From assembly GCA_038227875.1 (NCBI GenBank), contig JBBRPR010000002.1, positions 96,001 to 160,000 on the forward strand: a stretch of 64,000 bases of DNA. The letters run 5' to 3'. The notes below the pieces were generated by a model, which saw nothing but the letters and a program-made list of their open reading frames with translations, was not told the origin of the DNA and did not search any database. This DNA is from Planctomycetota bacterium. Lineage in GTDB: Bacteria > Planctomycetota > SZUA-567 > H5-PLA8. The position numbers and the translations under genes are program-made. Shown here in pieces: positions 53,589 to 62,687 of the stretch (within the stretch, counting starts at the first letter, position 1; every line of letters starts with the position of its first letter).

Positions 53589-54206
53589 ATGGGCGAACAC
53601 GGCAGACTGCTGGAGTATTCGAAACGGCTGTACGCGTGTTTGTTGCGCGCGTATCCGGCGGAGTACCGTCGCGAGTACGGCGCGGCGATGGCGCAGACGT
53701 TTGGCGATCTCTGCCGCGCGCGGTTTCGCGAGCGCGGCGCGTGGGGATTGTGTGCGGTGTGGTTGCGTGTGCTGGGCGACACGGCGGTCAACGCGGTGCA
53801 TGAGCGCGGAGGAGTTCTGGCCATGCTGAAAACCATGCTGACTTCAAAACTCTCATCGGATGCGGCGGACCGGCGCTTCGGTCTGATGTTTTATGTACTG
53901 AGCTCGCAGTTGGTCATGCCGCTGGTCGTCCACTTCACGACCAAACTGGGCTGTTCCATCGACCAGATGGTGTCGTGCATTGTACTCTCTTGCATCCTGC
54001 AAATACTCCTGGCGTACTGCGGATTAGCGTTGCACTATCGCGACAAGAGCATTGAGTGGTTTAGCCGAATGCTGACTGCCCGATGGTTCTTTGCAAAGCC
54101 TGATTTGACGCTACGGCAGTACGCGTTTTTCGGCGCATGCATGGTCTCGCTGGTCCTCGGAGTCCATCTTGTAGACTGGCTGAAGCTGTCGGAGGCGAGC
54201 TGTTAA
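53589..54206 (+). CDS. membrane protein with PadR-partner-type N-terminus
   Basis: RLYACLLRAYPAEYRREYGAAMAQTF motif followed by 3 TM segments. Confidence 0.7.
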   Translation: MGEHGRLLEYSKRLYACLLRAYPAEYRREYGAAMAQTFGDLCRARFRERGAWGLCAVWLRVLGDTAVNAVHERGGVLAMLKTMLTSKLSSDAADRRFGLMFYVLSSQLVMPLVVHFTTKLGCSIDQMVSCIVLSCILQILLAYCGLALHYRDKSIEWFSRMLTARWFFAKPDLTLRQYAFFGACMVSLVLGVHLVDWLKLSEASC

Positions 54207-54319
54207 TGGCGGTCCTGGCGGTGGTGTGCGTATCGCTATTTCAGTTGCTTTGCGGTCTGATTATTTTTGGAGCGAACGACGCCTGGCGAAAAGAGCCCGT
54301 CCGCGTGAAGACAACGTAA
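54206..54319 (+). CDS. putative 37-aa single-TM peptide
   Basis: TAATG coupling to the upstream gene; MAVLAVVCVSLFQLLCGLIIFGANDAWRKEPVRVKTT. Confidence 0.4.
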   Translation: MAVLAVVCVSLFQLLCGLIIFGANDAWRKEPVRVKTT

Positions 54320-54361
54320 TTCATCACTCATCATTCCGTGAGCATCGCTTAAACTGCGCGC

Positions 54362-54940
54362 ATGATTTGTTTGCGCAAACCGAGCGCGGCGGCGATCGAC
54401 GATTTCATCGCCGCGCAATCGCAACTGGAGTTCACGCAGCCGTCCGTTGGCGCGACGTTGCGGGTGCCGTTCAAGCCGCCCGCGGGGTTTGACGTCGACC
54501 ACACGCGTGTGAAACTCGGGTCGGGCGCGCAGACATTTGCCGCAGCGAAGAAGAGTCTCGCCGCGTGGCGGCACTACAAACTCGGCTGGCTGGAGATCTG
54601 CCCGGAGTGCCCGGCGCCAGAGCGCGGGCGCACGGTCGCGAGCCGGATTCGCTACGGCGGCCTGTGGTGGCTGAACGCGTGCCGGATCATCGATGTGATT
54701 GACGAACCAGAGCGGCGTTTTGGTTTTGCGTTCGGCACTCTGCCCAGCCACGCGGAGTGCGGCGAGGAGCGGTTTTTAGTGGAGTGGGATCGGACTGACG
54801 AGAGCGTCTGGTACGACATTCTTGCGTTCTCGCGGCCGAATTTCTGGATCTGCCGGATCGGGGCGCCGCTGGTGCGGCGGTTGCAGAAACAGTTTGCACG
54901 GGATTCGGTGGCGGCGATGACGCGCAATCCTCCCGCGTAA
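54362..54940 (+). CDS. DUF1990-family protein
   Basis: LGSG..TF..AK..L..W, NACRII, FGFAFGTLPSHAECGEERFLVEW, AFSRP. Confidence 0.88.
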   Translation: MICLRKPSAAAIDDFIAAQSQLEFTQPSVGATLRVPFKPPAGFDVDHTRVKLGSGAQTFAAAKKSLAAWRHYKLGWLEICPECPAPERGRTVASRIRYGGLWWLNACRIIDVIDEPERRFGFAFGTLPSHAECGEERFLVEWDRTDESVWYDILAFSRPNFWICRIGAPLVRRLQKQFARDSVAAMTRNPPA

Positions 54941-54953
54941 AGATGGAGAGGAT

Positions 54954-54988
54954 AAAAAAAGCGTGGCCCGGTTGATCCGGGCCACGCT
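54954..54988 (-). terminator. intrinsic terminator between convergent genes
   Basis: AGCGTGGCCCGG..CCGGGCCACGCT with A7 tract on the + strand. Confidence 0.85.
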
Positions 54989-55015
54989 GAATGACATTTC
55001 GACGTTTTGAAAGAA

Positions 55016-55879
55016 TCAACCCGAGAGTTTTTTCAGCAGCGCGTACGCATCCTTCAGGCGCGAATATGTGGTCTCGTGTTCGGTGTGGCCTTCTTCAATC
55101 AGCCAGCCCTTGTAGCCGTGAACTTTCAGCGCGGCGACAATTTCGGCCCAGTTCACGCAGCCGTCGGCGAGATTGGAATTGGCGGTCTTCCACTTCTTGG
55201 TGCCGCGCGGGTCGTCGGCGTCGCGGACCCACTGCACGTTCTTGACGTGAACTTCCGCCAGGTACGCGCCGAGCACGTTCAACGCCACCTTCGGCACTTC
55301 CCAGCCGTCGGCGATCATGTTGGCCGGATCGTAGAGCACGCCGACTTCATCCGGCGACATGCCCTTCAGATACGCCACGGCTCCGGACGCGCCGGGGAAG
55401 GCGGTGCCCATGTGGAGCTCCAGGCAGGGACGCACGCCGACCTTCTTCGCTTCGGCGACCAGTTCCTTGTACGTCCCCCGGCTGCGTTCCGTGAACGCGG
55501 CGAAATCGAAGACGTCTTCCTTCGGCATGGGCAGTCCGCCGATGCGCACATTCTTGATGCCGGCCTTGCCGCAGGCTTTGACCATGTTGAGCGCGCGGTC
55601 CATGTCGGCCGTCGAGGTGTAGCTGGCGACGCTGGTGATCGTGAGTCCCAGGTCGGTCGCGGGTTTCAGCACGCCCTTGGGATCGGCGAAGAAATCCGTC
55701 TCCGAAATGCCGCCCTTATTGTTGCCCCACGGATTGTACGGCTTGGCCGGGTCGAAGCCGACCGAAGCGGGCGGAACGATGCGCGGCTGCACGCCTTCGT
55801 AGCCGATCGATTTGATGCACTGACACGCTTCCGCAAACGTGTACTCGGGCAGAAACGTCGTGAACGCGCCAATCTTCAT
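55016..55879 (-). CDS. sugar phosphate isomerase/epimerase (xylose-isomerase-like TIM barrel)
   Basis: CLELH, VLYDPANM, VHVKN, GCVNW..L...GYKGWLIEE. Confidence 0.88.
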   Translation of the reverse strand: MKIGAFTTFLPEYTFAEACQCIKSIGYEGVQPRIVPPASVGFDPAKPYNPWGNNKGGISETDFFADPKGVLKPATDLGLTITSVASYTSTADMDRALNMVKACGKAGIKNVRIGGLPMPKEDVFDFAAFTERSRGTYKELVAEAKKVGVRPCLELHMGTAFPGASGAVAYLKGMSPDEVGVLYDPANMIADGWEVPKVALNVLGAYLAEVHVKNVQWVRDADDPRGTKKWKTANSNLADGCVNWAEIVAALKVHGYKGWLIEEGHTEHETTYSRLKDAYALLKKLSG

Positions 55880-55995
55880 GAATCGTCGATCTCCTAAGTA
55901 AATGAGAAATGATGTCCGACAAAAAGTGCATTCACTTTGCCGTGTTGGCGCGGATATTCAACATTTTTCCGGAGCAACGGCAGGAAGGAATTCGA

Positions 55996-57429
55996 TCAGC
56001 GCTGGTATTTGGCGACGCCCGGCGGCAGTCCCGGCTGGGTGGCGGTGTTCGCGCCGCGGCTGTCCGGCGGAGCGTCCGCGCGCGGCGCGCTGAGCATCTG
56101 GGTGTTGGCGCCCGGCATTTTCAATTGGTGGAGCAGTTCCTGCGTGAAGGCGACCTTGGTGACTTCGTCGCGCTGCGCGGTGTCGGCCAGCAGGGTCACG
56201 TCGATGTCGCGGACCGTCGGGCGGATGTCGGAGACGAAGCGCGCCAGCCGCGTCGCTTCTTCCTTGGCAGGGTCGCGATTGGGGCCGCCCTGCCCGGCCG
56301 CCGCCATCGATTCCGCCGGAAGCACCGCCGCGAGGCTCACCCGCGCGTCGTCGACCTTGACATTCGAGAAGCGGCGCGAGCCGGCGGCGGTCTTCTCGCC
56401 GTAGGTCATGATCAGCCGCAGCAGGAGTTCCTTGTCGGAGGGCTTCATCGCGCCATAGGCGTGTTCGTACCACGCGTCCACTTCCTGGGTCAGCGCGTCG
56501 GCCCAACTGGCGGCTTCGGGGCTGACGAATCCAGCCTCTTTGGAATCCTTGGCCGTCGCGGAGCTCTTGAAGGCGGTCAGCGCCTGTTGCGCTTCGATGC
56601 CGCGGTCTTCCTTGATGAGTTGCCGGACTTTTTCCACGTCGACGGCCAGAGCGGCGTTGGCGCGGCGCGTTTCCTTTTGCGCGTTCACAGCCATGATCGC
56701 CGCGACGGAGACGCCGATCAGCACCGTGCCGCCAAGCGCCAATCCCGCGCGCGTGCGTCCGCTGAGCGTGAAGCCCAGCACGCCGATGAGGACGGCGGCG
56801 CCGCCGCCGATGACCAGGCCCAGCAGCAGCAGCGACGGAAAGAAGACGCCGACAATCAGCGCCACGACGCCCGCCCCGATCGCCATTTGCAGCGGCAGTG
56901 TGCTGTGCTGGCGGGCGACCTGGCCCTTCTTCTGACAGAACGAGCAGACCAGGTTGCCGTTCACAATTTCAGCGCGGCCGGAATGAATGTCATCGCGCGT
57001 GAGCACCCGGCCGCACTCCACGCATTTGGACGGTCCGATCTGGAGCAGCGGCGACTTCTGATGGATCGACGAGGGCGGCTTGGGATTCGTGCCGGACGGA
57101 ATCCTATTGGCAGGGAGCGTGGTTGGCGGAGGCGGCGCCACCGACAGCACGGGACGCGGCGGCATGGCTACCGGCGCCTGCATCGGCCGGGGCGGAAGCA
57201 GCGGCGTGCCGGGGGCGCGCTTCTGCGGTTCGACGGGTTTTGGCGTCGGGGTGGTATTCACCGTCACGCCCGAGCCCACGGGCGGACGCAGCCCGGCAAT
57301 ACGGGTGGGAATTTTGACGTGCTTGACCGCGGGCCTCTTGCCCGACCCGGGCTTTTCAGGATTTCCGGAGTTGGAGTTGCCGCCTGAAGACTGTGGAGGT
57401 TGCGGCATCTCCTCGTGTTCCTTCGTCAC
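55996..57429 (-). CDS. membrane protein with Pro-rich N-terminus and CxxC-CxxC zinc finger
   Basis: CVECG..CSFC, three TM helices; GTGA overlap with the upstream gene. Confidence 0.72.
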   Translation of the reverse strand: MTKEHEEMPQPPQSSGGNSNSGNPEKPGSGKRPAVKHVKIPTRIAGLRPPVGSGVTVNTTPTPKPVEPQKRAPGTPLLPPRPMQAPVAMPPRPVLSVAPPPPTTLPANRIPSGTNPKPPSSIHQKSPLLQIGPSKCVECGRVLTRDDIHSGRAEIVNGNLVCSFCQKKGQVARQHSTLPLQMAIGAGVVALIVGVFFPSLLLLGLVIGGGAAVLIGVLGFTLSGRTRAGLALGGTVLIGVSVAAIMAVNAQKETRRANAALAVDVEKVRQLIKEDRGIEAQQALTAFKSSATAKDSKEAGFVSPEAASWADALTQEVDAWYEHAYGAMKPSDKELLLRLIMTYGEKTAAGSRRFSNVKVDDARVSLAAVLPAESMAAAGQGGPNRDPAKEEATRLARFVSDIRPTVRDIDVTLLADTAQRDEVTKVAFTQELLHQLKMPGANTQMLSAPRADAPPDSRGANTATQPGLPPGVAKYQR

Positions 57430-60044
57430 GGGTTATTCAGCGACCAGAACGATCGGATAATAACGCGCGTCGTCGTCTGCGGCGACGTGGCGCCACCCGT
57501 ATAGTAGCTTTTCTCGTCGCCGGGCGCAACGCCCCGATAATCAAACCAGTCGCGAGGAACGGAGGTCGGCGCCATGGCTCCGTTCGTGGTCGCCACGGGA
57601 ATTTTCAAGCCCGTGTCGTAGCGGTAATCGTTGGGCAGCGTCTTGCAGTTCAAATCCATCACCAGCGGATCGGTCTTGCGCTGATGGGGCATGGCGTCGC
57701 GGTAATAGTGCAGCCCGCGGAACGTGCCGTCGCCGGCGCCGTCCTTGGTGCCGTCGCCGCCCTTGTCTTCGACCAGGATGTCCGGCGCGACTTCGACCAC
57801 GACCTGGCGCTGATGATGGAAGAGCACGCGCGGATTGGTGGGATCTTTTTTCGCCGATTCGGCGTCGACCAACTGCGCGTTGACGATGCAGACAAAGGTC
57901 GTCGTGGCGGTGGTCAGCTCCGTCGAAAACCAGTCGGGCCCGAACGTCAGTTGCCGCTGCGGCACGGGTTTGCCATTGGTGGCAGTGTTGATGTCCTTGC
58001 CGACGTCCGGCGAGCCCACGGTCCCCCCGGGAGGGGTGCCGACCTTGAATGGCGGTTCGAAAGGAATCATGCCGAAGTAATTGTAGTCGTTGTGCTGATT
58101 TTCATCGCGACCCCAGCCGGCGGCATAAAGCTGCCCCAGCGGGTCCTTGATTTCAGGATTGGGTTCGCCGGGAAAGAGATAAACCTTGCCCGGAATAATA
58201 TTGTCGTAGATCGCGCTGGCCGTGCGGCGGTCGAGTTTTCCCGGCAGGATTTCCGGAACACCGTTGAGCGTGTACCAGGTGTTGAGATAGTTGTGATAGA
58301 CATTGCGGTATGCGGCGCTGCGCAGTACGGGTGGGCCGAAACAGACCTTCTCGCCGCCGTCGCGCGCCACGCCGCGGTCGATTTCGCCCTTCCATCCGGG
58401 ATCGGCGGCGATGTTGTTGTTGAGGGTCATCGCGATCAGATCCTTCTTCACTTCGTCGCGGAATTCCAGCAGGCCGACGGGAAAGCGCGTCTGCGTGTCA
58501 TCGAATTTCTGCGCCGCGAACTTCACGCGGTTGGCTTCGGCGCTGTTCAGCGGGCCGTTGGGCACGGTGTAGGTTTTGAAGTAGTTGAGATTCTGCGGAT
58601 TGGGCGTGCCCCAGACATCCCAGTTGAACGGGACTTCCGGATGATACAGGCTGTGGCAGAACGGCCGGATGGGGTAGGTCGCCTGAAAATAGCGGCAGAG
58701 CGTCTGCTGATACTGGAACGCCATCTTGGTCTTCAGCATTTCGACAAACAGCCGCATCGCATTGGCCACATCCTGCTTGGTTTTCAGATCGGTGGTCTGA
58801 ACCAGGTGCGGGTCGAGCAGTGCGGTAATGGTGATCGACGGATTGGGATTGAAGTTCGCGTTGAACGTCGCATCGTTGGCGATGAAATTATCGTCGTAGA
58901 GATTGGCCGTATCCATCTCGGAGTAGGCGTTGTCGATGTCCGTCTGTGTTGACGTGGGAGGATCTTCGTTGGGATTGGGAATCAACTTTCCCGGATTAGT
59001 GTTGTTGCGGAAGTAGAACTTGCCCACTTTCACGATGCGCCGCAGCGATTCGACATTAAAGACCGCCTGCATCGTATTGGGAAAATTCGTGTGTCCGTAT
59101 TCGTTCCACGGGCTGGTAAAATTGTTGTCGACGGTATTGACGTTCACCGGCGAGCGGCCGGTGTCGGGATCGACGTACGACTGCCAGTAAAACGAACCCA
59201 TCACGCTATCGTAGAACCAGCCGATCTGCTGGCCGCCCCCGCCGCCGGGACCATTGCTTGCGGGGACTGCTTCCTCCGAGTGCATCGGATTGAAACACTG
59301 GCTGCTCAGCCACGCGGATTGGTACGACGTGGTGTTGGTGGTGACGCGACTGGGGCTCAGCCAGTTGCCGGACGTGTAGCGCGTCGTCCGCGTCGCCAGG
59401 TAGAAGCAATCTTTGTAGCGCTCGTACTGCAGCGGCTCGTTCCACATCTGCTGGCCGGTCCACGCGCCGTAAAGACCCAGGTACGCGCCGCGCATGGTCT
59501 CGGTGTATTGCAGACCCATGCCGTCCATCGCCATGTGCGCCATCTGGGTCTGCGTGGGCATGCAGTTCTCGCCCCAGTTGTTGATGTTGATTTTGCTGTT
59601 GGGATCGATCACCAGAACGCTGAAGCGGCCGCGCACGCCGCCACCGGGGTAGTAATCTTCAGGCAGATAAACCCACGGCGCTTCGTACGCGGTCTGGTTT
59701 CCGCCGCCGCCCATCCAGCTGCCCCAGTCGGGGCTTTTATCGATGCCATTCTCCAGCGGGCGGTACCACCAATGGCCATCGGCGCCCAGCGATTTTGAAA
59801 TGTAGCGGTCGGGGCGAAACTGCTGCGTCGCCGGATCGACGGCCCAGTCGGCGACTTGAGCGACGATGTAATCGGTGGCGGAATCGGCGAGGTCAAACGT
59901 GTCGGACTTGTCGCGCAGATGCGAAACGGCGCCGAGTTCCGCGCGCGTGTACGACAGGAAGCCCAGGCACAGCACCAGCAGGATGGCCAGGATGCCAATG
60001 ACCACCAGCAGCAGAAATCCGCGCTTCTTCAGGAGATTGGTCAT
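57426..60044 (-). CDS. large GspK/PilX-like minor pseudopilin
   Basis: KKRG-FLLLVVIGILAILLVL prepilin-like N-terminus lacking E5; SKININN and SPVNVNT motifs. Confidence 0.7.
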   Translation of the reverse strand: MTNLLKKRGFLLLVVIGILAILLVLCLGFLSYTRAELGAVSHLRDKSDTFDLADSATDYIVAQVADWAVDPATQQFRPDRYISKSLGADGHWWYRPLENGIDKSPDWGSWMGGGGNQTAYEAPWVYLPEDYYPGGGVRGRFSVLVIDPNSKININNWGENCMPTQTQMAHMAMDGMGLQYTETMRGAYLGLYGAWTGQQMWNEPLQYERYKDCFYLATRTTRYTSGNWLSPSRVTTNTTSYQSAWLSSQCFNPMHSEEAVPASNGPGGGGGQQIGWFYDSVMGSFYWQSYVDPDTGRSPVNVNTVDNNFTSPWNEYGHTNFPNTMQAVFNVESLRRIVKVGKFYFRNNTNPGKLIPNPNEDPPTSTQTDIDNAYSEMDTANLYDDNFIANDATFNANFNPNPSITITALLDPHLVQTTDLKTKQDVANAMRLFVEMLKTKMAFQYQQTLCRYFQATYPIRPFCHSLYHPEVPFNWDVWGTPNPQNLNYFKTYTVPNGPLNSAEANRVKFAAQKFDDTQTRFPVGLLEFRDEVKKDLIAMTLNNNIAADPGWKGEIDRGVARDGGEKVCFGPPVLRSAAYRNVYHNYLNTWYTLNGVPEILPGKLDRRTASAIYDNIIPGKVYLFPGEPNPEIKDPLGQLYAAGWGRDENQHNDYNYFGMIPFEPPFKVGTPPGGTVGSPDVGKDINTATNGKPVPQRQLTFGPDWFSTELTTATTTFVCIVNAQLVDAESAKKDPTNPRVLFHHQRQVVVEVAPDILVEDKGGDGTKDGAGDGTFRGLHYYRDAMPHQRKTDPLVMDLNCKTLPNDYRYDTGLKIPVATTNGAMAPTSVPRDWFDYRGVAPGDEKSYYTGGATSPQTTTRVIIRSFWSLNNP

Positions 60045-61051
60045 CAGATATTCGGCTCCAGCAGCTTGAGATTTTTGGTGCGGTTGTACGGATACGACGG
60101 ATTGGCGAAGTCGGCGTCGCGGGTGTCCTGCACCGCGCCCATGCCATTGCCGACGGGAATCTTGATCACGCGGCTTAACGTCACGCGATCGCGTTTCTCG
60201 CGATCGCAGACGGTGATGGTGACGCGCACGGCCTTGGGCGGCGGCGCGAAGTAGACGGACGTGAAATCAGGCAGGTTCAAAAATTTCTGGACCGTGTCGT
60301 CCCAGTAGGCAATGTCCAGATCCATGATATTGCCGCCGTTATTGTATTTACCCCAGATTGACGTCACGGGATCGTTGGGCGCATTTTTTTCAGCGCCGGG
60401 CGAGAATTCGGTCATCAACTCATTGCTGGCCCAGCCCACGTTGCGGCCGGTGGAACCATCCCAATAACTGCCGGTGTTGGCCCAGCGCATGTCCATGTAA
60501 AAACCGGAGTCGATCTGCGAAACGTCCGCCAGCACCGTGTTGCGAAAACCGGTCACCGTGTACGGCCACTGCAGCGAACCGTAGAGCACGTTGGGCCGCA
60601 GGTACGAGCGGAACAAATCCGGATAGTAGACCTGGCTGGGCTCCGCGAACGGATGCCACGCGCTGCCGCTGTACGGACTGATGCTCCACCGCGCGCCAGC
60701 CGTCCGGCGCAGGTAGTAGAGCGCATCGAATTCACGCCGCGACTGATAAAACTTGCCGTCCGATCCCGCGGGGTTCGCCGCCGGAGTAAACGGATCGGTA
60801 TCGAGAAAGTTCACTGCTTTGATACAGAATTGATCGCCCTTCTCGTTGACGAACGCGGTCAGAATTTCGCATTCGTAGCGATCGAGCGTGTTGCGCGCCG
60901 CTTCGTAAACAGCCAGGCGGCGTTCCACGTGCTGAATCGTGCGCGTCGAGACTTTAAAGATGGAAAGCGCCATCGTGACCAGCATCAGGCTGATCAACAG
61001 CACGACCATCATTTCCACCAGAGTGAATCCGTGAGACCGCATCACGCGCAT
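60044..61051 (-). CDS. prepilin-type N-terminal methylation protein (GspJ/PilW-like)
   Basis: HG-FTLVEMMVV; PKAVRVTITV C-terminal motif. Confidence 0.85.
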   Translation of the reverse strand: MRVMRSHGFTLVEMMVVLLISLMLVTMALSIFKVSTRTIQHVERRLAVYEAARNTLDRYECEILTAFVNEKGDQFCIKAVNFLDTDPFTPAANPAGSDGKFYQSRREFDALYYLRRTAGARWSISPYSGSAWHPFAEPSQVYYPDLFRSYLRPNVLYGSLQWPYTVTGFRNTVLADVSQIDSGFYMDMRWANTGSYWDGSTGRNVGWASNELMTEFSPGAEKNAPNDPVTSIWGKYNNGGNIMDLDIAYWDDTVQKFLNLPDFTSVYFAPPPKAVRVTITVCDREKRDRVTLSRVIKIPVGNGMGAVQDTRDADFANPSYPYNRTKNLKLLEPNI

Positions 61052-61063
61052 TGTCGCTCTCCC

Positions 61064-61870
61064 TTAACTGTCCGGCGCCAGTTGCGAGAGCAATTTGGGC
61101 AGATCTTTTTGATTGGTCAGCGGTTTTCCGCCCACGGTTTTAAGACGATCGGGAATCAACTTCGGCCGCGTCGCCATGCCGCCGGTCGCGACCTGGATCA
61201 ACTGGTAATCGCCGCTGACTTCTTCGTAGACGATGATCAAGTCGTAGCTCTGATAGGCCAGCGCGCCGTTGCGGCCGTAGGCAATTTGATGGCGTTTGAG
61301 TTCTCCGATCGGATCCTGGCGGTAGCCCAGGCAGCGGAATTCGTGATCGAAATTGGTCGGCGGCAACCAGTAGACGTAGCCGTTCAGAAATGTGCCGCAC
61401 ATGATCCGCACGCCGTCCGGCAGCGTTCCGGCGACGGGGGTCAGATCGTTCATCTTGGTGCGGTGCGGATACCAGTTGGGGCACTGCGAGGTCGGATTCT
61501 CCACCCAATACGGCGGAGCTTCGTCCCAGAGCCGGTCGTCTTCGGTCGCGTTGATGCCGCGCTTGCAGGACCAGATTTCCATCCGGCCCTTGGCCGGCAT
61601 CACGCCGGCAATCGGCTGCACGGGCAGCAGCGCCGGATCGTCGCCGAAAAACACGACCACCGGATCGCGGTACCGTTCCGCTTCGCTGCGGGCGTGCCAG
61701 AGCATCGTCAGCACCTGCTGCGATGCCTGCTGCACGCGGCTGGTCTTGGTCATCAACGCAAACTACGGCACGGCCACGACCGACAGCAGCGCCATGATGA
61801 AAATGACCAGCAGCAGTTCCACAAAACTGAAACCGCTCGGCTGCCGGGTTGCGTTGAGAGGGGAGTTCAT
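61064..61870 (-). pseudogene. prepilin-type protein (GspH/FimT-like) interrupted by in-frame TAG at 61763-61765
   Basis: MNSPLNATRQPSG-FSFVELLLVIFIMALLSVVAVP*FALMTKTSRVQQASQQV..ARSEA; frame continues past the stop. Confidence 0.85.
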
Positions 61871-61873
61871 GGG

Positions 61874-62428
61874 TTACCAATCTCCGTCGACGGGCTTCAC
61901 GCGACCGGCGGCATACATGTACTGGCTGAATAAAAATTCCTTCTTGGTGTTCTTCAGATGAACCACGACCGCCACGCGCGCCAGTTTGCTGAGCGGCCGT
62001 CCGCCGGTTTCCACGGGTGTCATGTTGTCGAGCGCCACGAAGACCTGCTTGAAGCGGTCGGGATCGATGCGCCATTCGTAATGATCGATGTCGTCGAAAA
62101 ATTCATAGGTCTCGCCGGGCGCGTGGGCGAAATCGTGCCATGGACCGTTGGCGCTGGCGTTGATCGGCTCCTGCCGCTTGGTCATGTAGGGGCTGCCTTC
62201 CACCAGATCGACCAGCGGATCGACGCGGTCGCGCCGGAATTCGGAGAACTTCGAGTGTGCCAGATGGATCGACGCGTCCTGCAGGATCACCGTCTGCGCC
62301 GACGAAATCGACGGCGGCAACGCCGCCAGCGCGCCGACGACGCCGATCAGAAAAATGAACAGCGCGATCAGCACTTCCAGCAGTGTCAATCCAGAGGCAC
62401 GAAGAAAGTGGCGCGAAGTCCGTCGCAT
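61874..62428 (-). CDS. prepilin-type protein (GspI/PilV-like)
   Basis: SG-LTLLEVLIALFIFLIGVVGALA; GGAG SD before ATG at 62428. Confidence 0.85.
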   Translation of the reverse strand: MRRTSRHFLRASGLTLLEVLIALFIFLIGVVGALAALPPSISSAQTVILQDASIHLAHSKFSEFRRDRVDPLVDLVEGSPYMTKRQEPINASANGPWHDFAHAPGETYEFFDDIDHYEWRIDPDRFKQVFVALDNMTPVETGGRPLSKLARVAVVVHLKNTKKEFLFSQYMYAAGRVKPVDGDW

Positions 62429-62687
62429 ACAACTTCTCCGTGGTGTGCACAAGGATGAGGTTCGGGATACATACTCTCATCTAATTGAGCAGTATTCGTG
62501 ATGCCATTTTTTTATGTGCAGAATACGGAAACGAGCCATATTTTTTATGCACCGTGATGCACACGAGCAAAAATGGTTCCATTTTGAACACATGAGTTCC
62601 CCCTATTAAGTATATTTACAGTTGCGTCTTAGCTTCAAAATCCATTAACGTGCGCGGCAGCTCTTCCTGAGTCGATGGAGACAGCGG

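Noticed and set aside
61763..61765. Genome-wide TAG recoding or pyrrolysine
   Set aside because: TAG terminates conserved genes at expected lengths here (e.g. glcE, glcF, modC)
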